Source: Paragordius varius (Eukaryota > Animalia > Nematomorpha). Taken from it: 64,000 nt of DNA. Every line of letters starts with the position of its first letter. Position 1 is the stretch's first letter. The DNA is taken from assembly GCA_964247055.1 (NCBI GenBank), contig OZ176058.1, forward strand, positions 744,001 to 808,000, given 5' to 3'. A program made the translations under genes and the position numbers. Positions 39,210 to 51,002 of the stretch are shown one piece after another. The notes below the pieces were generated by a model. That model was given only the letters and a program-made list of their open reading frames with translations, made no database searches and was not told where the DNA came from.

Positions 39210-39517
39210 CCATTTACAATTCAATTCACCCTTAAACAATATTCACCCTCGAACAATTCAAATTTACCCTCAAATAAAATACATGTTTTTTAAGATTAAA
39301 AATTACCAATATTTTTATTTATTTTTAAAAAATAAAAATTTTGTTTTAAATTAAAATAATACTAAAAAATAATAAATATATATTTCATATTAATAATGAG
39401 TTATATTAGTTCGAAAATACATAATTTATTTTTAGGGTGAATTTGAATTGTTCAAAGGTGAATTTGAATTGCTCAAGGGTGAATTCGAAGTGTTCAAAGA
39501 ATTTAAACTGTAAATGG
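39210..39517. mobile_element. Complete 308-bp TA|CCATTT MITE with CAATTCAAATTCACCC subterminal repeats
   Basis: TA CCATTTACAATTCAATTCACCC ... GAATTTAAACTGTAAATGG TA; TA on both sides. Confidence 0.8.
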
Positions 39518-41159
39518 TATATAAAATTTATTCAAAATTTAATTGATAAACGGCCATAATTATATACTTTTTTTAAATAATAATTTTTTTATGCATTTTT
39601 CACGCCAATACATATAAGTTTTATAAATTTAACAAATCTTATGAAAGCATTTTATGTGTGTTTTTTAAGATTAAAAATTTACTAATATTATTTTTTAAAA
39701 AATAAAATATTTTTGTTCAAATTAAAATATTAGATAATATGCTCCATTAACATATATTTTATATTAATCTAATGAGTTATATTACCTGCCCGAATACACA
39801 TAATTTATTTTAATTTGTATTGTTCTAGGGTAAATTTGAATTATAAATGGTATATATATATCCATTAATTTCATACTTTATAAAATTAACATTAACATTA
39901 ATTTAAAAAATTAAAGTAGAGAAATTAAAAAAATTATTTAAATTTTGAAATCAGGTGATCGCGTAAATTCTAAAACAGCTAATGATTAATTTTTATTAGT
40001 TGTGTTTTATATAACCATTATTTTTTATTAATAAATTTAAAAAAATTTATAATAAAAATTATGTTACCAAAAATTATTTTAATTTCATTTCTCATAAATT
40101 TTACATATGGTATTATAACTGTTAATGCCCAAATAATATTTAAATTTATAAAGTTTTGAAATATTTTTTGTAAAATTATAATTCAAATCAAAAATTTGGA
40201 AATTTATTATATATTTATATTGTAAAAGATGTTATATATATATATATATAAATGTATATTCGAATAATTTTTATAATTTTATATTTTAATTTCATTATAA
40301 CTTTCGATATTTTTTAAAAAAAGTTTTTTAAAATATTTAATAAATTATAAAATATATTTTAGTAAATTGTATGAAAAACTTACTTTAAAAACCTTGATTT
40401 TATAAAATAAAATTCATCGCTTTATGTTGTAGAAAAAATTAAACGATTCTCCCTAACCATTTACGATTCAAAACCCTAAAAATATGTGTATTCGAACTAA
40501 TATACCTCATTATTATATAAAAATATCAATATGGTATTATTTTTTCAGTATCATTTTAATTTAAAGCATTTATTATTATAAAAATTTATAAAAATATAAC
40601 TAATTTTTAATATTAAAAACATAATTTATTTGAGGGTGAATTTGAATTGTTCATGGGAAAATTTAGATAAATGGTATATAAATAATTTCTTTTAAATTAA
40701 ATTATTTTTAAGTTTCATTTTAATTTATTTTATATATGAATGTTTTAAGTTTTCGATTAAAATCAATTTTTAAAAATATAATCATTTTAATATATATATA
40801 TATATATATATATTGATGAATTATCACACTTTTAGTAAAAAAAATTTTTATAATTAAGTTAATAAAAGATATCATTTAATAACTTTTTAATATTAAATTT
40901 TCAAATTTTCAAAAATTAACAATTTTTTAAAATAACCTTTATTAAACTTTTTTTGAAAAAAGAATTTATTTTTATCTATAAACAGGTTAAAAAAATAGCT
41001 TTATTTATTCAAAAAACTAAACTAAGCATTTTTTTCTATAAAATATAACAAATAGCGTTAAAAATACCAATAACCTTTTTTAATACGAGTTATTATTAAT
41101 AAAATCAAATTTAAAAATTAAAAAATACAAAAAAAATAAATAACAAAATTAATTAATAG

Positions 41160-42021
41160 GGAGTGGAAGCATATTAGCTGTTTATGTTACAAAAGCTGAA
41201 AACAAGTCAGAAAAGATTATTACGTTAGAGAATAATAAAACATCTTTAAAAGTTAATAAAAGTGATAATCCTAAAAATATCAGCAAAGACATTCTTTTAT
41301 CTATTATTCCAACAATAAAATCGTCAGTTATATCTTCACCCTTCGTAAAAATGTCTCAGCTGTTTCTATGAAGTCTGAACTTAACCCTATAACCGTATCA
41401 TCTGTTACCCCAACAATCAAATCAGCTGTGACTTCCCCAGCCCCAAAAGTCGCCTCAGCTGTTTATACTGAAAAATTCGTCTGGTATGTCAAGCCCTGTA
41501 ATCAAATCATCTGTAACTCCAACAATTAAGTCAGATATGAATCACCCATCCCCAAGAGAAGTCTCAGCTGTTTATACTGAAATCTTCTAAAACGCTTAGC
41601 TATAAAACTGTATCATCTATTATTCCAACAATAAAATCATCTTAGTTATATCTTCACCAATCGTTGAAAATGTCACAGCTGTTTTCAAAAATTATACCAT
41701 TCAAATCCTATAACCGTATCATCTGTAATCTGTAACTCCAAAATGGAATCAGCTGTGGCCGGGACTTCCCCACGCCCAAAAGTCGTCTCAGCTGTTTATA
41801 TTGAAAAATCTCCTGGAATTCCAAGCCCTATAGCTGTATCATCTGTTACTCCGACAATCAAAACAGCTGATGTTTTAAGCCCAAAACCAGCTGTGACCGT
41901 ACAGAAAAAAGGCACAACACCAAATGTTTATTATTCAAGTCCCAAGCCAATACCCTACTATAATCCATATCATAACTTTTATGCGGCGAGATCTTTCGTG
42001 GGTTGGGGAAAGAAGCGATGA
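41160..42021 (+). pseudogene. Ser/Thr/Val/Pro-repeat protein exon, copy 2 (fewer repeats, frameshifted), ending ARSFVGWGKKR*
   Basis: taatag acceptor. GSGSILAVYVTKAENKSEK... is open to about 41350, then 1-bp breaks. The last 267 nt differ from 8851-9117 at about a dozen positions. Confidence 0.7.
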
Positions 42022-42281
42022 AATAGAAATAAAGAATTTAAAGATATTTTAAATTTTTTATCTCTTTTAATTTTTATATTTTATCAAATTTATTCTGATT
42101 TTATATTGGATAACCATATTTTATTATATCGAAAAATTGAAATTATACGCATAAAACCTTAAAATATAAAGACAAATATATTTTTTATCCAAACGACCAT
42201 ACTATTTAAACCTTAATTATCTAAATATTAGTCTTATCATTTTGAACTGCAAATTATGAAATAGAGATATAAATTGGTAAC

Positions 42282-42580
42282 TGACAAATAGTTAATATAA
42301 ATTATAAAGGATATATTTATTTATTTAGTATAACATCAAAACTGAATAATATAATATAATGTGTTCTGTGTGTTACAATGATTCCTTATATACATTAGGA
42401 AATTTGGTTATTGCATTAACAAGGATAATGGTTTAAACGTTGTTAAAGATAATAAGTATAAATAAAATAATTTGCATTCACAACCAAGGTAATATATATT
42501 TTTAACGTAACAAGGACCAAAGTGTATTATGCACTAAAAAAGAGAAGGATAATTTGCGTATGATGATAACCCTTTTAACA
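42282..42580 (-). repeat. 3' LTR (299 bp)
   Basis: Identical by eye to 46583-46878 except for 3 extra bases (gaaggatAATttgcg versus gaaggatttgcg). Confidence 0.97.
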
Positions 42581-42593
42581 TACCTTCTTCCTT
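42581..42593 (-). promoter_or_regulatory. Polypurine tract
   Basis: Minus strand AAGGAAGAAGGTA immediately before the 3' LTR TG. Confidence 0.85.
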
Positions 42594-44430
42594 AAGCTTG
42601 ATATCGGTCGGGTGGCTTTCGGGATCTAATCGGGTACCGGCGAGTTGTGGTAGGAGAAGTGTCACTTGTTTGCACAGTATTCTCACTTGAAGGCGCACTT
42701 TCTGATTCCGGATTCTCCTGGATGTTTTAAGGGGTTCTTATTTCATGTTCCGTGGGATGTTTTCGGAGGTTATTATCATTGTTGTTTAAGTTGTTGGTTA
42801 AGTTTTTAGTCTTTTCCTCACTGTTATTATCATTGTTGTTTAAGTTGTTGTTTAAGTTTTTAGTCTTTTCCTCACTTCTCCCTTCTTCTCCTTCGGCCGA
42901 CCAATCCATGCGATTCCTTAATTGATCAGCATGTTTGCGGATGATTTTGCCATTGTCGTTGACATTGTACGATAACCATCCCGTTCTGTCGACGATTTGT
43001 CCCTCCCTCCAACCAGAACACAATTCATTCTTGATATATACTTTTTGCCCCTTTTCAAACTCCTGCGGAATGTCGGAAGTATCCATGAACTCGTTGGGTT
43101 TCGTTTTCATCCATGTTAATGGGCTTTGCATAGTTCTTTTTAAAAACAAATGCGCGGGAGTCTCCTTCGTAGAACTGTGATGCGTGTTTCGGTAAGCCCA
43201 TAAGATTTGGTTTAATCTTCGTACTGGGTCTGCGGAAAGTGGGGTTGACATTGAATAATGATTTTTTAGAGTGTAAATTACCCTCTCTACCAACCCATTT
43301 GTTCGGGGGTGGTATGGAGCTGATGTTACGTGTTTTATATTAGAGGAAGCTAAAGTTCTCTCAAACTCCCCCGATTTAAAATAAGAGCCGTTATCAGTAA
43401 CCACCATTTTTGGGTACCCATACCGGCAAAAACAGGTTTCCAAAAACTTAAGGATATTACCGGTATTCACAGAGCGTAACGTTTCTACCTCCACCCAGCG
43501 GGTGCAATGATCAATTAGTACCACCCAGTATAAATTGTCAATGGGTCCAGCGATATCTAGGTGGAGCCGTTCCCATATGGTTGTATTCTCGTTCCATTGA
43601 TAGGTGGGATTTTCGGGTATATTTGGGCGCAGCCTTTGACAATTTTGGCAACTACGCACCCATTTATCGATATCTTGGCTCAACCCGGGCCAATAAACCT
43701 TTTCACGGCTTAATAGTTTCATGGCTTGTATTCCCGGATGGCCACTATGCAGGTATCTTAAAATATCTGGCTTAATTTTGTTCGGGATTATTACCCGATC
43801 TCCCACAAATAATAGACCGTATGCATCCTCAATTTCATTTTTTATTGCTATGAAAGGCTTGACCAGGGGGTCCGTCCAATTATTAGACCTTAGGGCTACT
43901 TTTAACTTTGCTATAGTAGGATCCTTCATAGACTCTTGATAGATAATTTCTCTATTTAAATTTAATTCGTTGGACCAAATCAAATGAACATTGCTACTTT
44001 CATCATCTTTCTCAAACGCCATCGGCTCCTGGTTTTCAATGGGGAGTCTCGAGAGGCAGTCAGCTATGTTTTCTGTACCAGGGTGATATTCTATGTTGAA
44101 ATCGAATACCGATGTTCTAGTTATCCAGCGTACTTGTTTACAATTATTAATTTTACTTAGATCTCTTTGAGGCCCAAATAGTTTCACTAGAGGTTTGTGG
44201 TCCGTTTGTATTATAAATTTCCTGCCATACAAAAAGGTTTTAAACTTCTCTAACGCTATTAGGATAGATTTTGCTTCTCGCTCAATTACTGAATAGTTTC
44301 CTTCAGCCTGAGAGCATTTTTTTGACGTGTAGGCGATCGGGCGATTACCCGCTGTTGTTCTATGTGATAAAATAGCACCGTATCCCGACATTGACGCGTC
44401 GGTTTCCAAGACTATAGGTAGTTTGGGATA
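42592..44430 (-). pseudogene. pol: pol: RNase H plus integrase, with a premature TAA at 42727-42729
   Basis: LPIVLETDAS..YSVIEREA..TDHKPL (RH); HSGH..CQNC (HHCC); LHLDIAGP, TDNG and NGLVER (DDE). After the TAA the frame continues to the typical tail TTRRYPIRSRKPPDRYQA* (TAA at 42592-42594). Confidence 0.93.
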
Positions 44431-46193
44431 TACGGATGCAAGGAACTACTCTGGCAGATCAAGTCTTTAGCTTTTTTGAATATCGAATCATGCGTTAGCG
44501 TCCAACACCATTTTTGTTTGTTACCTGCTAATTTATGTAGTTCTCCCATTAAAATGCTTAGGGAAGGGATGAATTTTGCATGAAAATTAAGTAAACCCAA
44601 AAATGATCTAAGAGTGGTTTTGTTGGTCGGGGTCGGGCACTCTTGGATGGCTTTAATTTTGTTTGGGGAGGGCTTAATGCAATTTTCAGAAATAATGTGA
44701 CCAAGATATTCTACAGATGGTTGAAAAAGTTTTATTTTATCTTTGCGCAATTTTAATCCCATTGTCTCCAATTTGGTAAATACCTTTATTAGGTTGTCCT
44801 TGTGCTTTGTCTCGGTTTCTCCTGTCACGATAACGTCATCTAAATAAACGGCTGTACCTGCGCAATCTTTTAATAACTCGTCCATTATTTGTTGAAAGAA
44901 ACTGGGGGCGCAATTTAACCCGAAAGGCAATCGTTTATACTTATAAAACCCCTTATGTGTCGAAATTGTTAGTAAGTGCTGACTATCTGGGTCTACTGGA
45001 ATTTGAAAATAGGCGTCTTTCAAATCTAGTGTCGAGAAAGATTTGCCGAAGGAAATTTTTGAGATGAGGTCGTCAAAGGTTGGGATTATGTATTGCGGCG
45101 GTTTTATGTGTGGATTTATACTTATTTTAAAATCCGCGCATATTCTAAGCTCTTTATTAGGTTTTATAATATTTACAGTAGGGCTGGACCAAACGATTCT
45201 AGTCTTTTTTGGATCAACAGGCTCAATTATATCCAGTTTTACCAATCTATTTATCTCATCCTCCACTTTGCTTTGTAATGATAGTGGCACCCTTCTACTT
45301 GGAAAAATTCTACCACAATTATTATTACTTAAAAACACTTTAATCGGGTCGCCCTTCCAGCAACCAAGGCCCTCAGAAAATAACTTGCTAAATTTGTTAT
45401 ATATATCATATGAAGATAAGTTATTTATTATTACATGATTGGGTAATTTTAAATTAAATTGTTTTATCCAGTCCATTCCAAATATTGATGGTAAGTTGTT
45501 GTTTATAATAAAGCACTCTAGAATGTGCGTTCTTTTATCTAATTCAACCTGTAATTTGCATTTCCCTAATGTTTTTATACGATTATTATTGTATGCATGT
45601 ATGAAAATATTATTGTTATCAAAATCTAGTGCTGGCTTGCCTAGACGGCACCAGTTTTTATAATTTATGATGGAAATATCGGCACCCGTATCAAAAATCA
45701 TTTCAATATGAATATTATTTATTTTAGGAACAATTTGGGGTTTTTTTGTCTTATTAAAAAGGGAATATGTTTTAAATGTTACCTTACAACATCGAGCAAA
45801 GTGGTTTGAACGATGGCATTTATAACATTCTTTCCCATAGGCAGGGCAATGTCCAAACGAATGAGTCGTCCCACATTTTGTGCAGGTTCGTCGGTTATTA
45901 TTACTATGGTTGGTTTTTGATTGGTGAAGTGTGGCTATTTCGTTTATTTCACCATTACTACTGTGGTTCTTATTATTGTTACTTTTATTATCATTATCAA
46001 TATTGATGGACAGCACTTCTGTATTCGTTAGTCCATCTCGTGCCTTCTCATGTGATAAGGCAATATTTACCACCGTATTTAGAGAAACGGGAGCCCCGTT
46101 TTCTAAAGCTTCTGGGAACCGTGTGAATAGTTCCATTTCCACGGCTTGCTCGTCTAACCCGGCGATGAATACATCTCTGCCGGTTCTCGTCAA
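44412..46193 (-). CDS. pol: gag C-terminus (two Cys/His knuckles), aspartic protease and reverse transcriptase
   Basis: CTKCGTTHSFGHC and CYKCHRSNHFARCC; FDTGAD; LDLKDAYFQI, LPFGL and YLDD. Ends at a 1-bp deletion (TAT [G]AT CCC AAA CTA would give YDPKLPIVLETDAS). Confidence 0.95.
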   Translation of the reverse strand: MTRTGRDVFIAGLDEQAVEMELFTRFPEALENGAPVSLNTVVNIALSHEKARDGLTNTEVLSINIDNDNKSNNNKNHSSNGEINEIATLHQSKTNHSNNNRRTCTKCGTTHSFGHCPAYGKECYKCHRSNHFARCCKVTFKTYSLFNKTKKPQIVPKINNIHIEMIFDTGADISIINYKNWCRLGKPALDFDNNNIFIHAYNNNRIKTLGKCKLQVELDKRTHILECFIINNNLPSIFGMDWIKQFNLKLPNHVIINNLSSYDIYNKFSKLFSEGLGCWKGDPIKVFLSNNNCGRIFPSRRVPLSLQSKVEDEINRLVKLDIIEPVDPKKTRIVWSSPTVNIIKPNKELRICADFKISINPHIKPPQYIIPTFDDLISKISFGKSFSTLDLKDAYFQIPVDPDSQHLLTISTHKGFYKYKRLPFGLNCAPSFFQQIMDELLKDCAGTAVYLDDVIVTGETETKHKDNLIKVFTKLETMGLKLRKDKIKLFQPSVEYLGHIISENCIKPSPNKIKAIQECPTPTNKTTLRSFLGLLNFHAKFIPSLSILMGELHKLAGNKQKWCWTLTHDSIFKKAKDLICQSSSLHPYIPNYL

Positions 46194-46560
46194 TGTTTGA
46201 CGAGAATCGGCAGTGGATGGCCATTTGTTTAACTCTTAACAGGAATTCTGTGAACGTTTCCATTCTCCCCCTCTTCATTTTAATTAAATCAAAACGCGAC
46301 GAAAAAATATTCCTTGAGGGGGAGAAGATTTTTATACCGGCGTTTAATAGATCTGGGAATGGTATGTCGTCTATTGCTTGTGGATAGAAATAATTTTCAA
46401 TTTTATTAATATTTTCGATTCCTCCGAAAGCCAACAAACATGCTTTCAAATTTTCATCGGTGGCTGCGACATTCTTGACCTCCAAATTGCGTTTAATATA
46501 TGTAATATAATTTGTAAACTCAACATTTGGATTAAAACATGATAAATTAATTTTTTCCAT
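46180..46560 (-). CDS. gag: gag N-terminal part, frameshifted at about 46180-46185
   Basis: ATG lies just downstream of the PBS. ...FLLRVKQMAIHCRFSSNIDEN then shifts by one base into RDVFIAGL, the usual gag C.F....RD.F..GL pattern. Confidence 0.85.
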
Positions 46561-46570
46561 AGCCTCGAAT

Positions 46571-46580
46571 AGCCGCGCCA
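46571..46580 (-). promoter_or_regulatory. Primer-binding site
   Basis: TGGCGCGGCT two bases after the 5' LTR; TGG is complementary to tRNA CCA. tRNA identity not determined. Confidence 0.75.
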
Positions 46581-46582
46581 GT

Positions 46583-46878
46583 TGACAAATAGTTAATATA
46601 AATTATAAAGGATATATTTATTTATTTAGTATAACATCAAAACTGAATAATATAATATAATGTGTTCTGTGTGTTACAATGATTCCTTATATACATTAGG
46701 AAATTTGGTTATTGCATTAACAAGGATAATGGTTTAAACGTTGTTAAAGATAATAAGTATAAATAAAATAATTTGCATTCACAACCAAGGTAATATATAT
46801 TTTTAACGTAACAAGGACCAAAGTGTATTATGCACTAAAAAAGAGAAGGATTTGCGTATGATGATAACCCTTTTAACA
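46583..46878 (-). repeat. 5' LTR (296 bp)
   Basis: See the 3' LTR entry. Confidence 0.97.
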
Positions 46879-47389
46879 GTAACACAATCAATTATGTAGT
46901 TTACAATTGTAATTAAATGTTTTTTTAAAAAAATATTTTTTATTTTAACGTTATGTCCGTATAATTTCACATTTTACTGCATTTTTGAATCAAAATTCTT
47001 TTTATTATATTTGATAATTATAGTTTGTTTCGTAATTATTATTTTTTCAAAAATTTGTTATATTATTTGCAAAAATATTTATTGCTTTATATATAATAAT
47101 TTTTCTTAGTGTTAGCTTTAGTTAATACTTTTTTTATGAAATAATAAATTTATTACAGAAGCATTTCGTATTTAACAAGTTAATAAATATTTTAATTTTG
47201 GGTTAAAAAATAATTTGAGATTATTTTTTATATCAATATTGACTTTGAACCTGTTTCCAAAATTATTTATCGAATAAAAAAATTATGTGAGTAATACATT
47301 ATAATTAAATTTATTATTTATATTATAAGTAAAAAAAAGTAAATAAAATTTTCCAAAAAATACAACCTTTTTAAATATGACATATCATT

Positions 47390-47800
47390 TTTTTAAGCAA
47401 AGATATCGTTTTCCAGCAAACGCAACTTAAGCAAGGCAACATTTTCAAGCACTTTTAAAGCAAAAACAATTCAAGCAAAATATTGTTGTTTCAAGCATGT
47501 CTTTGCACGAAAAGCGTTGTGTTTGGTTTAAAAATGTTGCGTTTGCTTGAAGAAATGCTGCGTTAGCTTGAAAAATATTGTGTTTGTTTGAAAAAGTAGT
47601 GTCTTAAAAAATGTTGTGTTAGCTTTAAAAATGCTCCGTTTGCTTATAAAAATGTTACTACTCGAATATGTTGCGTGAGCTGGATATGTTGAGGCTTAAA
47701 AAGTGTTGTCTTTTCTCAAAAAATATTGCGTTTATTTGAAACAATGTTTTTTTGGTTATAAAAATGTTGCCTCTGCTCAAACAAGTGCGTTGGCTTGATA
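47390..47800. repeat. Degenerate inverted pair of the CAAGCAAACGCAAC 21-bp arrays
   Basis: Forward units at about 47390-47495, then reverse units (aaaatgttgcgtttgcttgaa) to about 47790. Confidence 0.75.
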
Positions 47801-48454
47801 TATTGTTGTCTTTGCCCCATTGAGCCAAAGTCCATCCATCCACCTAAATATTACAGTTAAAGAATTATACGGATAAAACGTAAAAATAAAAGACAAATAT
47901 TTTTTTCTAAAAGACAACACCATATACAATTGGAAAATATAAAATTAATTGTGTTAATAATATATATCACTATTTTATATTTTAGAGTTTAAAACAATGC
48001 GTTATATATTTAAAAAGTATGGCTGTCTTTTACAAAAAAAATATTTGATATTTTTAGGTTTTGTCCTTGTCTATAATTCAATTTTTACTGTAAAATTTAA
48101 AAATTATAATACGGACAAAACGTAAAAATATAATAAAGAATGAATTTTTTTAAAAAAAAATATAAAAACAGATTTTTTAAAAAAATTAATTTGTTTACGC
48201 AGTATGGAAATATAAATATCAATTAGTTGCAAAATCAATTTTATATTTATTTCAATGATAAATTATATAATCATTATAAGGGAAAAAATAAGCTTTTAAT
48301 TAATAATTATATGTGTAAAATGCGTATTTTAGTTTTGCTACAATACATTATCAAATATAAACTTTATCATAATTATATAATTTCCAGGTCAAACATATTT
48401 TAAATTAATATTACAAATAATTCTAATTTAATTTCTCTTTACATTTATTATGAG

Positions 48455-48805
48455 ATCGTTATCTGTTGGTAAAAATATCACTGAGACTTATTTGGGAGCT
48501 TATTTTGAAGTTATGATTTGGACAAGCGTCGCATGTCCTAAAACATTTTGCGAAGGATCAAAAATGTTGTTTGCGTATTTGATGATCCAATCAGATATAA
48601 TTGCAGTGATTTTGGTATAAAATCGAGGAGAGATTTCTTTTTTGGAATTAAATTGAATTTGCGATTTCAAATGAGAGTAGATATTGCCCAATTCATTGCC
48701 CGAGTTGGAATTTTCTTTAAGGGAAATAGTATAGAGATTAAATCACTTTCGCGCGATGTAAGTGTCATCATTACCAGGGCGAGTTATTCATACTGTTTAG
48801 TTTCA
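48455..48805 (-). mobile_element. R2/NeSL-like RT fragment, copy 2 (3' part)
   Basis: Homologous to 26745-27125 (RPGNDD, NNIFDPSQN); shares the left flank (acattatcaa..aactttatcataatt). Confidence 0.7.
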
Positions 48806-49069
48806 GAAAGTTTAAAACAAACTAGGTAAAACTTTTATTTAAATATCCAGTATTAAAGGCTTCATTCATAATTCAGAATGACACAAACATGTGGCAAAAT
48901 TTATTTGAAAACAAAATTCTTGATTATATTTAATTTAAAATATTTGTAAATAATATCAAAAAAAAATCTATAATATAAACTTTATAGAAAAAACATGACA
49001 TTATTAGTGAAACGCAAGTGACGTACGAATATTATTTTCACAATCCAATATCGCATGATATTTACTTAA

Positions 49070-49556
49070 ATAAAAATTGGTCATGACCATGGTCTGACTG
49101 GCTCTGACCGGATTGTTTTGAAAAAGCAGTCAAATGCACAACCCTAGTCCCAACAGTCAAAAAGGAACATCAAACATACTTCGCCACAAACGAGCTATTT
49201 AATATCACCAGAGGAATCAAATCCCAATAGTAGGAAACCGTTGAATTCACTACTGGCCGTATTCACAGTACCTGGGATGAAAATTCGAAGGCATTCTTGA
49301 GGAAATAATGATCCTATGTTCTGACCTATTCTAGCAGGAACAACCCCCGTAAACCAAATTAATCACATAGAACGTTTATAGGTTTTACCACAAGAAAACC
49401 ATCCTAAAACCCCTAAGTATTTCAATATCGACACCGAAACGATTAAAAATTTATACATAATAAAGAATTAGTAATCCCCTTCTCCTGTGTTCAGAACCAG
49501 TCACCTTTAACGGAAAAGAAATGTCCTAATTAGAGCAGACTCTCGTTTAGAACCAA
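49070..49556 (+). mobile_element. R2/NeSL-like fragment, copy 2 (5' part), inverted relative to its 3' part
   Basis: Reverse complement of 27170-27560 (e.g. atatcgacaccgaaacgatt, ctatgttctgacc). Confidence 0.7.
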
Positions 49557-49861
49557 TTATAAATTATTTATGCAAAATACTTGTTCACATATATGGAATA
49601 ATTGCATATTTTACAAAGTGCTTTATTGTTATATTTTTCGAAATGATGGGATATGTTTAAATGATGTTTAACAAATTTATATTATTAGATAAGCAAGCAT
49701 ATTTAAATATTTAATTTATATTTTTAAAAAAATATATAAGAAACAATAAAATCTAACTTTACAAAAAATTTACCATGGTGGTCAATTTATATAGTCACTG
49801 ACATAGTTGAGACTGTATTAGTTTTGAAATGTAAGATTTTTTTTAATTGCCCAAAAATTAG

Positions 49862-49903
49862 AAAAAAAGAGGAAGGCCCAAAAAAGAAACACCAACTATT
49901 TAA
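49862..49903 (+). CDS. AT-hook terminal-exon-like segment KKRGRPKKETPTI*
   Basis: Follows TAG at 49859-49861; homologous to positions 2-40 with synonymous Arg/Pro codon changes. Confidence 0.35.
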   Translation, partial: KKRGRPKKETPTI

Positions 49904-51002
49904 GAGTGTTTTTGTTACCCTTTATACAAATAACTTTTTCAAAAGTGTTATAATTTTAATTTTTTTTAGTTTTACAAATTTTTCATAAAAAGAAATTTAG
50001 CGATACAATTTTTTTATTTAAAGTTTTAGGTAATAACTAATATATTAAATATCTGACATCTTTTTACTTAAAGCATTTTTTTATATATGAAAAATTTATA
50101 AATAACCTTAAATAGCAACGTGGAATACCAGCCAATTATATAACTGTAAGAAAAGAAAAAAGATTATTAAAAAGTATAGTTTGTATTTTACAAAATAACT
50201 GTATAAATACATTTTATACTGTAAAATTTACTTTGATTTTAGTAATTTTTAAATAGAGAATCCCCATCAATATATATATATATATATATATATAAAGAAT
50301 ATACATATAATTTAAATAAAAGAAATTAGATTTACAACGTATGTATATTTTGAAGTAGATATAAAAATTACCCAAATAAAAAGCTTATAACGATTTATTT
50401 TATAAAATCAGACTTGTAATGATTATCTATGTATGGCTAAAAAATATATATATATTCTATTCAAAATTAATTGATAAACGCCCCTTATAACATAAATATT
50501 TTTTAGATTAAATAATAATTTTTTGATGCATTTATCAATAATTATAAAAATTATAAATTAAATAAATCAATTTAAAAAAAAAGAATTTATTTAGTTTGAT
50601 TAGAAATGAATTGGTGGATAAAATGATAATATTTTCAAAATTACATTTATCATGTCTCTCATTAATTACTTTTATAGAAAATGAATCTAAAATTTATAAA
50701 GATTGTAAAATTACTATTTATTTTGGATATAAAATTGAATGGAGGGAATGTATACATTTACAGTTCAAATTCACCCGTGTACAATTCAAATTTCATTATT
50801 AAATCACCTAAAATAAATTATGTGTTTTTTAACATTACAATTACCTTTATTTTTTTTCAAATATGAAATTCTGTTTAAAATTAATATAATGCTGAAAACA
50901 TTATAAACTATGTAGAAAAAAGTATGATGGGTTTTATATTAGCCCGACACATAATTCATTTTTAGGGAGAATTCGAATCGTAAATTATATATCATGAATT
51001 AT

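Larger units (their letters stand above)
38250..42281. repeat. Segmental duplication paired with about 5390-9340
   Basis: Same collinear matches as listed for 5390-9340; ends at the gypsy insertion site. Confidence 0.9.
42282..46878 (-). mobile_element. Full-length Ty3/gypsy LTR retrotransposon, Mag-like
   Basis: TG...CA LTRs at 42282-42580 and 46583-46878, 5-bp target duplication GTAAC (42277-42281, 46879-46883), PBS, PPT, and the order gag-PR-RT-RH-IN. Confidence 0.97.

Noticed and set aside
42935-46387. Plus-strand ORFs inside the retrotransposon
   Set aside because: Antisense shadows of gag-pol with no independent motifs.
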